DNA of 64,000 nucleotides from positions 67,761-131,760 of IMG/VR virus record IMGVR_UViG_3300050821_008386, one strand, 5' to 3'. Every line of letters starts with the position of its first letter. The first letter of the stretch is position 1. This DNA comes from a virus. Shown here one piece after another: positions 10,445 to 20,451 of the stretch. The notes beneath the pieces were generated by a model that saw only the letters and a program-made list of their open reading frames with translations, did no database searches and was not told the DNA's origin. The position numbers and the translations under genes are program-made.

Positions 10445-11071
10445 TCAGCCTGCTACCAAGGTCCATCCTGTGGTGGACATGTAATCGGGTTCGGGACTGT
10501 TGCCGCCGGTCAACCGTAAGTACGAGACAAGATTAGAAGTCCTGACGTGTTGTGGTCCGACAGCTTTAGCCAAAGACGCGACATCGGTTGCGGACAGTGC
10601 GGCACCGTAAATCATCGGAAACGCGATCGTCCCCAGCGTTCCCGCAGCGACTGCTCCGTTGAATTTGACGCTTCCTATATAGCTCGAATCGCAGGTTCCG
10701 GGGGTAACCGAAACCGTACTATTTGTTGATCCTCCTCCGTTGACGTAACAGGTCCTCGAGGTAGCGCTGGTGAAGACGCAGGCCACATGATAAGTGGTCG
10801 ACGCTGACAGGGTGGTTGAGGATGCCGCAGTATTGTCAGTCGTGCTGCCCGCGTCATTGGAGATGTAACAGCACATCTTCGCGGAAGCGGTTAAAAACTT
10901 CATCGCAAACAAGCTGAAATGGGTCGAGGTGCCGCTGGCGATCCCCATCACATACGCGTCCGCGCTGATCGACGAAGGAGTGGTGAATAAACAGCAAAAG
11001 GTCATCGGTGCCGCTGAGACCAGCGCCGATGCTTTGGTTATGTAGTTGGCACCGTCAAATGTGAGAGCCAT
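10445..11071 (-). CDS. LamG/concanavalin A-like lectin-domain protein
   Basis: TTYHVACVF..CYVNG..YIGS..IYGAALSATDVASL pattern. Confidence 0.72.
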   Translation of the reverse strand: MALTFDGANYITKASALVSAAPMTFCCLFTTPSSISADAYVMGIASGTSTHFSLFAMKFLTASAKMCCYISNDAGSTTDNTAASSTTLSASTTYHVACVFTSATSRTCYVNGGGSTNSTVSVTPGTCDSSYIGSVKFNGAVAAGTLGTIAFPMIYGAALSATDVASLAKAVGPQHVRTSNLVSYLRLTGGNSPEPDYMSTTGWTLVAG

Positions 11072-14000
11072 TTAGGTTCCAGCGGAACGAATTTCAACAA
11101 AATGAACTTCAGCAATATCGGCCATGGTATCCGATCCAGAGGTTCCCAACCGATAAACGTTGACCACAAAGACGTCTCCGGCCGCTACGCTGTTCAGGTT
11201 GCCGGATGTCACCGCGACCGTGGAAATTGTCACCTGATCGACCGTTCCCGTCGTAGCCGAGGTCACCGTATTGGCTGTGCCGAAACTGGTCGAAGCAATC
11301 GATGCGGCGGCGTTCAGGCGAGCAAACGCGACATCCCAAACCACGTTGCCGGTCGTAGCCGTGTGCGCGCTCCAATGGATCAAAACGTTTACGCCGCTGC
11401 CAAGGTTGGCGTTGATCGGCATGGCGTCGATAAAGATCATGTCCGTCCGAACCGACTGAGCGCAATCCAATACCGGAAGTCCGTAAGCGCCTCGGGTATT
11501 AAAGGCTGGGTAAGTGGTGGAAAACGGGATGTTATCCGAGGCTTTAAACCGACTGTAAGTGATTGTCGGGGTGGTCCAGGTCGCGTCACCGCGCAGATAT
11601 TGATAGGTATTGTTCGGGGGCGTCGGGACGTATCCCACTGTGGTTGCGGTGGCGCTCGGGGGCGTCGCAAACGTAGCGTCACCTCTAAGGAAAGTGGTGA
11701 CGTTATTGGGCGGCGTCGGGACGTATCCGGCAACCGTTGCTGTAGCGCTGGGAGGGGTGATAAACGTCGCGGCGCCAGAGAGAAATGTGGTGGTGTTATT
11801 CGGCGGGACAGGGATCATCCCGCTCGTTGTCGCGGTAGCCAGTCCCCCCACGCCTGCAGCATAAAACGCAGGTTGCTGGCTCGCAGTCGATCCGGCGTTA
11901 TTGGTGTTCCCATTGTTCCTGATCGTGATCGAGGTGCCCGAATTGACCGCAGTCACTTCGCAAACGCCAAGTCCGGGAGCGTACAGCCCCATGTTCTGGC
12001 GCATGTTCGAGCTCGAATCGACTGTGACCGTCACCGTTCCGGCAACTGCAGGCCAGGTGAACGTTGCCGTCGAGATGGCAAGTGGCGGCCCTTGCACCCA
12101 AGAGGAATCGCCTCTTAACCATTTGTCCGTACCGTTGGATGCCGGCAGAACCGGGACCAGACCGCTGACCGACGTGGTAGCAGGCCCGATAACGTCGGTA
12201 CCGCCCGTGACGTGCGTCGCTTCGTGTAGTGGTGGCGCGGTCGGAATCGAGCCAAGACTTGAGTAAGCCAGTGTCCCGAATGCGCCCGTGCCCAAGAGGA
12301 CTTTGGTAGCGTCATTAGGCGGGACTGGAAGCATACCGGAAGCGGTAGTGGTAGCCAGTGCGCCTGCAGTCCCTATGAAAATGCTGGTGCCCGAATTAAC
12401 CGTTCCTGAAGTGGCGTTCCCGCTGTTTCCGTTATTCCTTAAAACGCAATGGGTAGAGTCAGCGATGCTCGTGACTTCCGCGACGCCGAAGGCAGGCACA
12501 TAGACTGCGGCGCCGACCATCATCTGGCTGCTTGACCCGACAAGGATCGAGCTAGTGGACGATCCTACCGCAGGCCAAGTGAAGTTGGCTCCCGCAGTAG
12601 TGGATGCGCCGCCGGGAGGTGTGGCAAACGTTCCATCCCCACGCAAATAGGTCGAAGTACTGCCCGAACTGGTTCCCGGAACAAGCCCAGCCGTAGTCGT
12701 GCCTGACCAAGTCGGAACAGCGGCCCATGTCGCGTCACCGCGCAAAAACGTGGTAGTGGTGTTCGGAGGCAGAGGAACCAGACCGACGTTGCCCGCACCC
12801 GCAGAAACCTTGGCGACACCGGGCGACACCACAAAGACAAGGCAGGTCGGAATCGTGGTAACCGGGGCGGGATTGGTGATGTACCCCTGATTGGTCATCA
12901 CCAGATGCGTGCCGTCCGTGACTGTGGTCACTTCCAGGTAGCAGCATGTGGCACCGCTGCCGGTCGCGAAAAAGAGCGTCATCCCGACATCCCAATTGGA
13001 TGTGCTGGTGAACGTGACCGAAACCGTTGATCCTACCGCTGGTAAAGAAAACGATGCCGTAGTGGCATTGGAATCAGGTAGGAACGCCCACGAGTTATCC
13101 GCTCTGAGCCATTGCGTAGTCTGGCCTGTCGCCGGTAACCCGGCTACGATACCCGCCACGCCCGTGGATGCCAGAGCAAGTCCGCTCGGCGCTGACCATG
13201 TGCCGTCTGCTCTGAGGAAGTTGCTCGTCGATCCGGTCAGGGTCAGGAGCAATCCTGCGTTGCTACTGGTTGCCAGAGGGAAACTGTTCGAGGCAAACCA
13301 ACCGCGTGTTCCGCCCGAACTGGTCCCGTAAACCATCGAGTTGCCGGGTGAAGCAGTGTCGTTGACCAGGTTGAGCGTCAGGTCAGCGTTGAGTTGTCCG
13401 CCCCCAGTCAGAGAATACTGGGTATTGACGTTCCGGGTCAGCGGAACGCCGGTAGTTGGAGGCGCAACCCATGAACCGTTAGCACAGAGAAACTGTGTTG
13501 AATTTCCGGTCGGAACAGGAGTGATACCCGCTCCGGTCGAGGTCATCACCGGGGGGCCGTTCAGATTGACTTGGCCTGCGTTGACCGTCGATGCCGCTGC
13601 GGTGTTCCCAGTCGCCCCGAGGTTAACCAGGACCGCAGTGGTGCCGTTAGCAATCGATTGGACCGTGTAATAATTGGTGACCGGCGTGGTATCGACAGTC
13701 GCGATACACATTCCGGCCTGTAGATTGGTCGTACTGAGGAACGTGACCGAAACCGTGCCGGAAATAGCAGGCTGAGTGAATGAAGCGGAGATCGTCCAGT
13801 AAAACGGGATATTGACCCATGTGGCGTCGCCCCTGAGCCATTGACTGGTGCCATTAGATGCCGGGAGAACAGGCGCGAGTCCCGCGACACTGGTCGATAC
13901 CGCTGGGACAACAGCATACGTTCCGTCGCCACGGAAGAAGTGCGCCGTGTTCCCGTCATAAGCCGTGATCAGGCCGGGAGTTGATCCAGTGACATTCGGA

Positions 14001-17000
14001 ACCACTGTCCACGTTGCGTCGCCACGAAGGAATTTAGCGGTCGGGGCTGAAGACGGGAGAACCGGAACCAGACCTGTCCTGACGCCAGCGACTACCGGGA
14101 TTGTATCGGTGCCGTTATCGAGGTGAGTCGCTTCATGTCCGCTCGGAGTGAACGTGCTCGGGACACCGGTCAACTGCGAGTAAGCGATCGAGAGACTGGA
14201 AATCAGCGCAAACGCGTTGAGTCCATTCGCGTAATAAGTCGCTCCTGCGGAGGCCGGGAGTTGCGCCAGAAGTCCCGCAGCGCTGGTTGTGGCGAGGCCT
14301 GGCCCGCTCGGTGTCGTTGCCCATGTTCCGTCCGCGCGTAAAAAGAACGTTGTCCCGACACCATTGGAACCGGGAACCAATCCGCTCGTAGTGGTCGAAG
14401 TCGAGAAGTTGGAAATTGGATCAGCGCCCGTACTGATGTGGCTGGAGGCATGCGCGCTCGGAGCGAATGTCATAGGCAGGCCGGACAGAGACGCATAAGC
14501 GATCTGTGCCGATAACGTCGACATCAACACCCACGTGTTATCGCCTCTCAAGACGGATGTCGCCTGATTAGTTGCCGGAAGGCCCGCGACTGCGCCTGCG
14601 GTGCCCGTAGTTGCTAATGCGCCGACCGCCGGGACTGCCCAAGTCGCATCCCCCCTCAAAAACTGAGTTGTGCCACCGGGCGCTGAAGGCGCGTATCCGA
14701 CCGCTCCAACGGTGACCGTTGGCGGAATCGAGAACGTGCCATCTGAACGCAGGAAATTGATCGTGTCATTGAGACTGGCTGGAACAAAACCGGGTTTACC
14801 GCCGGCAGCAACTCCGGGTCCAGCAAGAGTGACAGCGGATGACGTGGCGAATGTGACTGATCCCGTGGTCGAAAAAGCGTATCCGCGATTGTTGAGGACC
14901 GCATGAATCCCGTCGCCATTGACCGAGATGACCTCAAGGAACGCCTGGTTCGGCGGAACGTTGCTGTCTTCCACCACGATCGTGGATCCGACAGTCATCC
15001 CCACGTTAGTGACAAAAGCTACGTTAACAGTGGCGCCGACACCCGGCAGAACAAAGGTGCCGTTCGTCTCCCAACTGTAAGAGAGCGGCAACCAACCCCT
15101 GTTTCCAGTAGCGTCAGTCGAATAAAACCTGAAGGGGCCCGGATTAAGCTGGTCCGAAACCAGTTGGACCGGAGAACCAACCGAACCTGTGCCCGAAACG
15201 GAGTATTGCGTCGTGACAGTGCTTAACCCGCCCGCGCCCGGAGGCACTTGCCATGAACCTTGACCGTTCAAAAACAGGTTCGAATTATTGGGCAGCGTAG
15301 GAACGAACCCAGCGGACGTCCCCGCAGCAACTCCCGGCCCGATAATGAACGCTTGCCCACCCGGTATTTGCGTTCCGGGCGCGGGATTGGTCTGATACCC
15401 CTGATTAGTGAGATTGACCAGACCGACCCCGATCCCAGTCACCTCCATGAAACATTCAGTCGAATTATCCGACCCTTGAACGCCCATGAAGAGCGTCATC
15501 CCCAGATCGAGAATCACCGTGCTGTTGACCGGGACATTGGTCACCGCTGAACCGACAGCAGGCATCGTGAACGGCGATGAAATAAGGATGCTGTTTAAAG
15601 GTAATTCCCATGAATTATCTCCGCGCAACCAGTAGTTGGTGGCAGCAGAACTCGGCAACCCGGCGAGATAACCTGATGTACCGCTGGAAGCTAGAAGCGG
15701 AGTAGCGAAATTACCGTCGCCTCGAAGGAACACCGCAGCGCTTCCTCCGCTATTTGCTGGAACTAATCCCGCTGTCGTGGTCCCGCTGAATACAGGCACG
15801 CCCGTGATCTGGGTAAAAGCGATAGAGAGCGCACTGATCAGTTGCCATGTATCGTCGCCTCTCAGGTAATAAGACGCCTGAGACGACGATTGCAGCGCGG
15901 GAATGATGCCGCCAGAACTGGTGGTCGCAAGCTGCGCGGACGGCGGCGCGGCCCATCCACCATCTGCCCGCAGGAAATTGACTGTACCGCCTCCGCTTAA
16001 CGGCGCATAGCCCGGTGTCGTCGCGGTGAATGCTGGAGGGGTAATGAAGGTCGCTGCACCCGAGAGGAACACTGCGGCGCTGCCTGTAGGTGTAGGAACT
16101 AATCCAGCAACCGATGATGTTGCTTGCGGCATCGATACGGAAGCGAACCAACCGCGTGTTCCACCAGAATTAGTGCCGTAGAAAGAGGATGCGGCAGGTG
16201 TGGTCTGGTCGTTGACCAGATTAAAGGTCCGCGGCGCGCTCAGATCGCCACCGCCCGCGATCGATTGTTGGCCGGTCAAGGTTTCGGTATGCAGAACGTC
16301 ACCGGAACCTGTGGGTGTCGTCCATGTGCCCGAAGAATTGAGATAGGTGCCCGCAGATCCGGCTACCGGCACCAACCCGGTCGAGGACGATGTAAAGACC
16401 GGAATCAGGTCAGTCGCTGTTCCTCCACTGATATGAGTGGTGGCGTGCGCGGTCGGAGTAAAGGTTGTCGGTACTCCTGAGATACTGGAATAAGGGACCG
16501 AAATCCAAGTGCCGGAACCGCTTAAAAACGTCGTAAGATTGCCAGGAAACGGCGCGACAATGCCCGCAACTGTAGTGCTGACCGCCGGGAGTTGCTGGAA
16601 TGTGGCGTCACCGCGCAACCAGAAGCTCGTGTTGTTATTGGGTGCCGGAAGAAGTCCGCTAGTCGTCCCGGTCGCGACCGGTATCGAGGCCCAACTAGCG
16701 TCGCCACGTAAGAAATTGGTGGTCGGAGATACCGTTGGCAAAACAGGGACAAGACCGTTCTGAGAAGTCGTTGGCGGACCAATCGGGTCACTGCCGCCGG
16801 CGCGATGCGTCGCAGCGTGCGCGCTCGGCGTAAACGAAGTAGGAATCGTTCCCGACGCGATCTGACTCCACGTGATCGACAGAGTCGAAAGAAGCGTCCA
16901 GGCGTTTGCCCCATTGAGGTAATACGTCGCTCCGGCAGTCGCTGGCAACTGCGCCACGGCTCCTATCGAAGAGGTGGTGACCACTGAACCCGCAGGTGCC

Positions 17001-18115
17001 GCATAAACGCCGTCTGCTCGCAGGAAATTGGCGGTGCCACCTGCGCTGGTCGGAACTAATCCGGCAGAACTGCCAGCGAAAATCGGCACACCAGTGATCT
17101 GGCTATAAGTCAGGGATAATCCGCTGATCAGATGCGGTTCATTGTCGCCGCCCCAGTAATAGGTGATCTGGTTGGTCGACGGCAACTGGTTCATCAACCC
17201 AGCGCCTGAACTTGAGGCAACGCCACCGCCGCCGGGAGGAACGTTCCATGTCCCGTCCGCCCGCAGATAAGCTGAACTGCCACCGGGCGATCCCGGCACT
17301 AACCCGGAAGTTGCTCCTGAAATTGCGAAGTTAGGAATGACATCCGTTCCACCTGTGACGTGAGTGCTTTCGTGCGGACTCGGAGCGAATGTGGCCGGAA
17401 TCGACGCGAGTTGCGAGTAGACCGGTTGAGCGAATGATCCGTCTCCACGATAGAACGTAAGCGCGTTATTCGGTAACTGAGGCGATAAGCCCGGAGCGGT
17501 GATACTGGCGATCGGGATGGGATTCCACGTGGCGTCGCCACGCAGGAAATAAGTCGGTTGATTGGCAGCAACCGGGAGGACGGGCACTAACCCGTTGGTC
17601 GAGGTTGTCGGGGGCCCGATCGGATCGCTACCGCTGGTTCGGTGCGTGGCGGCATGCGGACTTGGCGGGAAACTCAGAGGAATAGCAGTCAATTGCGCCC
17701 ATCCGATCGACAGTCCGCTGGTCAATTGCCAGGAACCGTCGCCGCGGAGGTAATAAGAAAATCCTGAACTCCCCGGCAAAATAGGGACTAAACCCGCTAC
17801 CGTGGTCGTGACCACGCCGTAGACCTGGCCGGGAGGTGCAGCGAACGTCCCATCTGCTCTCAGGAATAAAGCCGTGCCACCCGGCAGAGAAGTGATTCCA
17901 GTATAGGGAACCTGAGTGGCAACAAGAGCTTTATCGACGTATCCGGCGCCGGGATTAATCGTCGCGAAAACGCTCTGCATCATATCGCCGTTTCCGCCTC
18001 CACCGCCGGAATTGGTGATCGTGATGACGCCTAATGCCGCAAGATTGAAAGTAGCGACTTCAGTCTGCGTCAAAGGGACAAGTGCAAGATTGTCTACGAC
18101 TTGGACTGTAGGCAT
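11072..18115 (-). CDS. Giant repetitive tail fibre protein (2347 aa)
   Basis: Dozens of GLVP..FLRGDxTW repeats, HAxTHxxGGxD motifs and repeated FTxPAVG domains. Confidence 0.8.
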   Translation of the reverse strand: MPTVQVVDNLALVPLTQTEVATFNLAALGVITITNSGGGGGNGDMMQSVFATINPGAGYVDKALVATQVPYTGITSLPGGTALFLRADGTFAAPPGQVYGVVTTTVAGLVPILPGSSGFSYYLRGDGSWQLTSGLSIGWAQLTAIPLSFPPSPHAATHRTSGSDPIGPPTTSTNGLVPVLPVAANQPTYFLRGDATWNPIPIASITAPGLSPQLPNNALTFYRGDGSFAQPVYSQLASIPATFAPSPHESTHVTGGTDVIPNFAISGATSGLVPGSPGGSSAYLRADGTWNVPPGGGGVASSSGAGLMNQLPSTNQITYYWGGDNEPHLISGLSLTYSQITGVPIFAGSSAGLVPTSAGGTANFLRADGVYAAPAGSVVTTSSIGAVAQLPATAGATYYLNGANAWTLLSTLSITWSQIASGTIPTSFTPSAHAATHRAGGSDPIGPPTTSQNGLVPVLPTVSPTTNFLRGDASWASIPVATGTTSGLLPAPNNNTSFWLRGDATFQQLPAVSTTVAGIVAPFPGNLTTFLSGSGTWISVPYSSISGVPTTFTPTAHATTHISGGTATDLIPVFTSSSTGLVPVAGSAGTYLNSSGTWTTPTGSGDVLHTETLTGQQSIAGGGDLSAPRTFNLVNDQTTPAASSFYGTNSGGTRGWFASVSMPQATSSVAGLVPTPTGSAAVFLSGAATFITPPAFTATTPGYAPLSGGGTVNFLRADGGWAAPPSAQLATTSSGGIIPALQSSSQASYYLRGDDTWQLISALSIAFTQITGVPVFSGTTTAGLVPANSGGSAAVFLRGDGNFATPLLASSGTSGYLAGLPSSAATNYWLRGDNSWELPLNSILISSPFTMPAVGSAVTNVPVNSTVILDLGMTLFMGVQGSDNSTECFMEVTGIGVGLVNLTNQGYQTNPAPGTQIPGGQAFIIGPGVAAGTSAGFVPTLPNNSNLFLNGQGSWQVPPGAGGLSTVTTQYSVSGTGSVGSPVQLVSDQLNPGPFRFYSTDATGNRGWLPLSYSWETNGTFVLPGVGATVNVAFVTNVGMTVGSTIVVEDSNVPPNQAFLEVISVNGDGIHAVLNNRGYAFSTTGSVTFATSSAVTLAGPGVAAGGKPGFVPASLNDTINFLRSDGTFSIPPTVTVGAVGYAPSAPGGTTQFLRGDATWAVPAVGALATTGTAGAVAGLPATNQATSVLRGDNTWVLMSTLSAQIAYASLSGLPMTFAPSAHASSHISTGADPISNFSTSTTTSGLVPGSNGVGTTFFLRADGTWATTPSGPGLATTSAAGLLAQLPASAGATYYANGLNAFALISSLSIAYSQLTGVPSTFTPSGHEATHLDNGTDTIPVVAGVRTGLVPVLPSSAPTAKFLRGDATWTVVPNVTGSTPGLITAYDGNTAHFFRGDGTYAVVPAVSTSVAGLAPVLPASNGTSQWLRGDATWVNIPFYWTISASFTQPAISGTVSVTFLSTTNLQAGMCIATVDTTPVTNYYTVQSIANGTTAVLVNLGATGNTAAASTVNAGQVNLNGPPVMTSTGAGITPVPTGNSTQFLCANGSWVAPPTTGVPLTRNVNTQYSLTGGGQLNADLTLNLVNDTASPGNSMVYGTSSGGTRGWFASNSFPLATSSNAGLLLTLTGSTSNFLRADGTWSAPSGLALASTGVAGIVAGLPATGQTTQWLRADNSWAFLPDSNATTASFSLPAVGSTVSVTFTSTSNWDVGMTLFFATGSGATCCYLEVTTVTDGTHLVMTNQGYITNPAPVTTIPTCLVFVVSPGVAKVSAGAGNVGLVPLPPNTTTTFLRGDATWAAVPTWSGTTTAGLVPGTSSGSTSTYLRGDGTFATPPGGASTTAGANFTWPAVGSSTSSILVGSSSQMMVGAAVYVPAFGVAEVTSIADSTHCVLRNNGNSGNATSGTVNSGTSIFIGTAGALATTTASGMLPVPPNDATKVLLGTGAFGTLAYSSLGSIPTAPPLHEATHVTGGTDVIGPATTSVSGLVPVLPASNGTDKWLRGDSSWVQGPPLAISTATFTWPAVAGTVTVTVDSSSNMRQNMGLYAPGLGVCEVTAVNSGTSITIRNNGNTNNAGSTASQQPAFYAAGVGGLATATTSGMIPVPPNNTTTFLSGAATFITPPSATATVAGYVPTPPNNVTTFLRGDATFATPPSATATTVGYVPTPPNNTYQYLRGDATWTTPTITYSRFKASDNIPFSTTYPAFNTRGAYGLPVLDCAQSVRTDMIFIDAMPINANLGSGVNVLIHWSAHTATTGNVVWDVAFARLNAAASIASTSFGTANTVTSATTGTVDQVTISTVAVTSGNLNSVAAGDVFVVNVYRLGTSGSDTMADIAEVHFVEIRSAGT

Positions 18116-18742
18116 TTATGGGTCTGGTAAAATTTGGAGTTCGCCGTGAAGACAGGTGACGAGATAAGGGCCCGGTGAAGGGTCAGATGTCGCGTATCGG
18201 ACGTAAAACGGATAGAGTCCGACAGGCACACTGGTGATCGAGGAGGGAATGATCATGACCGTCTGACCTACCTGCCCGAGTTGATAAACGTTGGATCCTT
18301 GCGCCACTGTTCCAGTGGACAGATTTCCTTCCAGCCCTGCGTTCTGGATCACCGCGTTAAACCCGTCTGTCACCGAGACGATGGTATAAACCCCTGCGCC
18401 AGTGATAAAAAGTTGCTGGCCTGCGTTGAATTGTCCGGTCGACATGAACGTTGCCGACACCGAAGCGTTAAATGCCGGGATCGTAATGCCGGGAGTAGCC
18501 ACCTGCGTAATCGGCGTACCCGTCGATGGTGCCTGAATAGTCCAGGTCACCGTTTGCGTTCCTGCCGGCAGCGTTACGCTAAAGGTGAAGGTCCATCCCG
18601 CTATGTTGATCGGTTGCCCGTTCAACGTTAGCGTGATCAACGTCGCCTTAACGTCGCCTTGTCGCCTTTGCAGGATCGTAAACGGCAAGTCGGTAGGCAA
18701 CGTCGTCGGAGACGGAATCGTTGCGCCGTAAGGGTAACTCAC
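18116..18742 (-). CDS. Virion structural/fibre adaptor protein
   Basis: QGD..PINIAGWTF N-terminus typical of phage adaptor proteins; contains one copy of the fibre FTxPA domain. Confidence 0.6.
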   Translation of the reverse strand: MSYPYGATIPSPTTLPTDLPFTILQRRQGDVKATLITLTLNGQPINIAGWTFTFSVTLPAGTQTVTWTIQAPSTGTPITQVATPGITIPAFNASVSATFMSTGQFNAGQQLFITGAGVYTIVSVTDGFNAVIQNAGLEGNLSTGTVAQGSNVYQLGQVGQTVMIIPSSITSVPVGLYPFYVRYATSDPSPGPYLVTCLHGELQILPDP

Positions 18743-19179
18743 AATTTAAAGAGGTGATTAGCTCCCGTATCGATGTTGATCGTGATATTCGATCCGTTGG
18801 AAGTAACCGGCAGACCGGTCGCATTCGCCGAATCGATGTAGGCAATCAGGTTCGAGGTCGCCGCAACCGTGGTGTTGCGAACGATGACCACCGCGTTGAC
18901 CACGAACCCGCTGGTGACCGCCGTAAAAACAATCGACGCGCAACTGGCGACGCCAGCTGCCGCTGTCTTACTGGTCAAAGCAACCAGCGACGGTGCCGCA
19001 ATCGCTCCAGTGGGAATGATTGAGTAAAACTGGTCTGTCCCAGAAGCCACCGTGTACGAGGACGACACAAGCGTAGCGGCAATCGTACTGGTCAGCCAAT
19101 CGATCGCCCCGCCAGAACCGCCCGAACCGCTCGCGCTTAAGAAGGCGTTCCGGCCTAGGTCATAGAGAAATGTTGCCAT
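18739..19179 (-). CDS. Conserved small virion structural protein
   Basis: LYDLGRNAFL..IDW..LIAYID..TGLPVTSNGSNITI..GANHLFKL resembles a widespread phage structural family (recalled, not searched). Confidence 0.65.
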   Translation of the reverse strand: MATFLYDLGRNAFLSASGSGGSGGAIDWLTSTIAATLVSSSYTVASGTDQFYSIIPTGAIAAPSLVALTSKTAAAGVASCASIVFTAVTSGFVVNAVVIVRNTTVAATSNLIAYIDSANATGLPVTSNGSNITINIDTGANHLFKL

Positions 19180-19269
19180 AATTTAGGTTGGGACTTGTTC
19201 GAATAATGATATTAGCAGGAATATGCGAAACAGCATTGTTGTAATTACGCGTTCGCGTATACTTACAGC

Positions 19270-20109
19270 ATGCAAGACATGACAGGACAGAAATTCGGAA
19301 AATGGACCGTTCTTCACAGGACTGAAGAGGTGTCCACAGATAAGAGAACTTATTGGATATGCGAGTGCGGAGGATGCGGAAGGAAGTTCCGAGTGGATGG
19401 GCATAATCTCAGGTCCGGTTCCACTACGCAGTGTCGATATTGCGGGTACGCCTCCATCCGTGGAAGGAAGGACGCAGTTCGTCCCAACTTGGTGGGGAAA
19501 CGCTTTAATATGCTGACCGTACTCAGCAGAGCGGATAACATCGGATCGCATCCCGCTTGGCGTGTGAAATGCGAACGCTGTGGCACTGAGAAAGTTATTA
19601 GAGAACAGGCCATTACGAGCCTTAGAACCAAGAGTTGCGGATGCTATCAAAAGCAGGGGCAAATAGAGGCCCACACAAAGCACGGAATGGCACGGTCTAG
19701 GGAATACGGTATCTGGCGCAGCATGAGGAAACGATGCCAAGACCCAAAGCATCCATCCTACGAAGGATATGGCGGCAGAGGCATAAGAGTATGCGAGAGA
19801 TGGGATAAGTCGTTTGCAGACTTTATAGCGGATGTAGGCAGAGCACCCTCGAAACATCATCAACTCCACAGGAAGGAGAACAATGGGAATTATGAACCGA
19901 ATAACTGGGAATGGAGCACTCGCACGGACAATATGCGCAACCGTAGAAATACCCGATACATCGAAGTCGCTGGGAAAAAGCTTCCGCTTATTACCTTCTG
20001 TGAGTCTATCGGAATCTCCGTTAAGGCAGTCGCGTATCATCTGGATAATGGAAAATCATTAGCGGAGGCAATAGCAATAATACGTCCTGTGACTACGGAG
20101 GTGATATGA
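19270..20109 (+). CDS. HNH homing-endonuclease-like protein
   Basis: Two G.KFG.WTV/CxCG modules, HG..REYGIWRSMRKRC, YGGRGIRVCERW, LHRKENNGNYEPNN. Confidence 0.88.
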   Translation: MQDMTGQKFGKWTVLHRTEEVSTDKRTYWICECGGCGRKFRVDGHNLRSGSTTQCRYCGYASIRGRKDAVRPNLVGKRFNMLTVLSRADNIGSHPAWRVKCERCGTEKVIREQAITSLRTKSCGCYQKQGQIEAHTKHGMARSREYGIWRSMRKRCQDPKHPSYEGYGGRGIRVCERWDKSFADFIADVGRAPSKHHQLHRKENNGNYEPNNWEWSTRTDNMRNRRNTRYIEVAGKKLPLITFCESIGISVKAVAYHLDNGKSLAEAIAIIRPVTTEVI

Positions 20110-20384
20110 ACCTCTGTACTAAAAAAATCGCATGTCCTAAATGCGGAGAAAAGCGAACTAAGGATGGTCAAGATCCCTGCATAGCTAATCTTCCGGGAGT
20201 GATAAATGCATGTTGCGGACATGGGGTTAAAGAAGGATACGTGATGTTCGATAACGGGATAGTGATTAGAGGAATATTTGAAAGAGATCACTTTAAGGAC
20301 CACGTTTTTAACCGAGATCTGAGGGAAAACGGATTCTTAGGTATCGAGTCGCAAGATCCAAAGAATAGGTTACTGAAACAGTAG
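20106..20384 (+). CDS. Small Cys/His-rich phage protein
   Basis: CPKCG..DPCIANLPGVINACCGHG; ATGA overlap with the HNH gene. Confidence 0.7.
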   Translation: MNLCTKKIACPKCGEKRTKDGQDPCIANLPGVINACCGHGVKEGYVMFDNGIVIRGIFERDHFKDHVFNRDLRENGFLGIESQDPKNRLLKQ

Positions 20385-20407
20385 ACATCTTCTACTTCCT
20401 GCATCTT

Positions 20408-20441
20408 AAAAGGGAGAGCCTGATATAGCTCTCCCTTTTTT
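20408..20441. terminator. Bidirectional intrinsic terminator
   Basis: AAAAGGGAGAGC-CTGATATA-GCTCTCCCTTTTTT between convergent genes. Confidence 0.88.
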
Positions 20442-20451
20442 GTTCAATCCA

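Noticed and set aside
11102-18149. Many plus-strand ORFs opposite the fibre genes
   Set aside because: Antisense shadows caused by Thr/Gly/Ala codon bias.
1019-18742. Diversity-generating retroelement or invertase shufflon acting on fibre genes
   Set aside because: No reverse transcriptase, recombinase or near-identical template/variable repeat pair recognised.
19183-20040. 285-aa ORF antisense to the HNH gene
   Set aside because: No motifs; shadow of the well-supported HNH frame.
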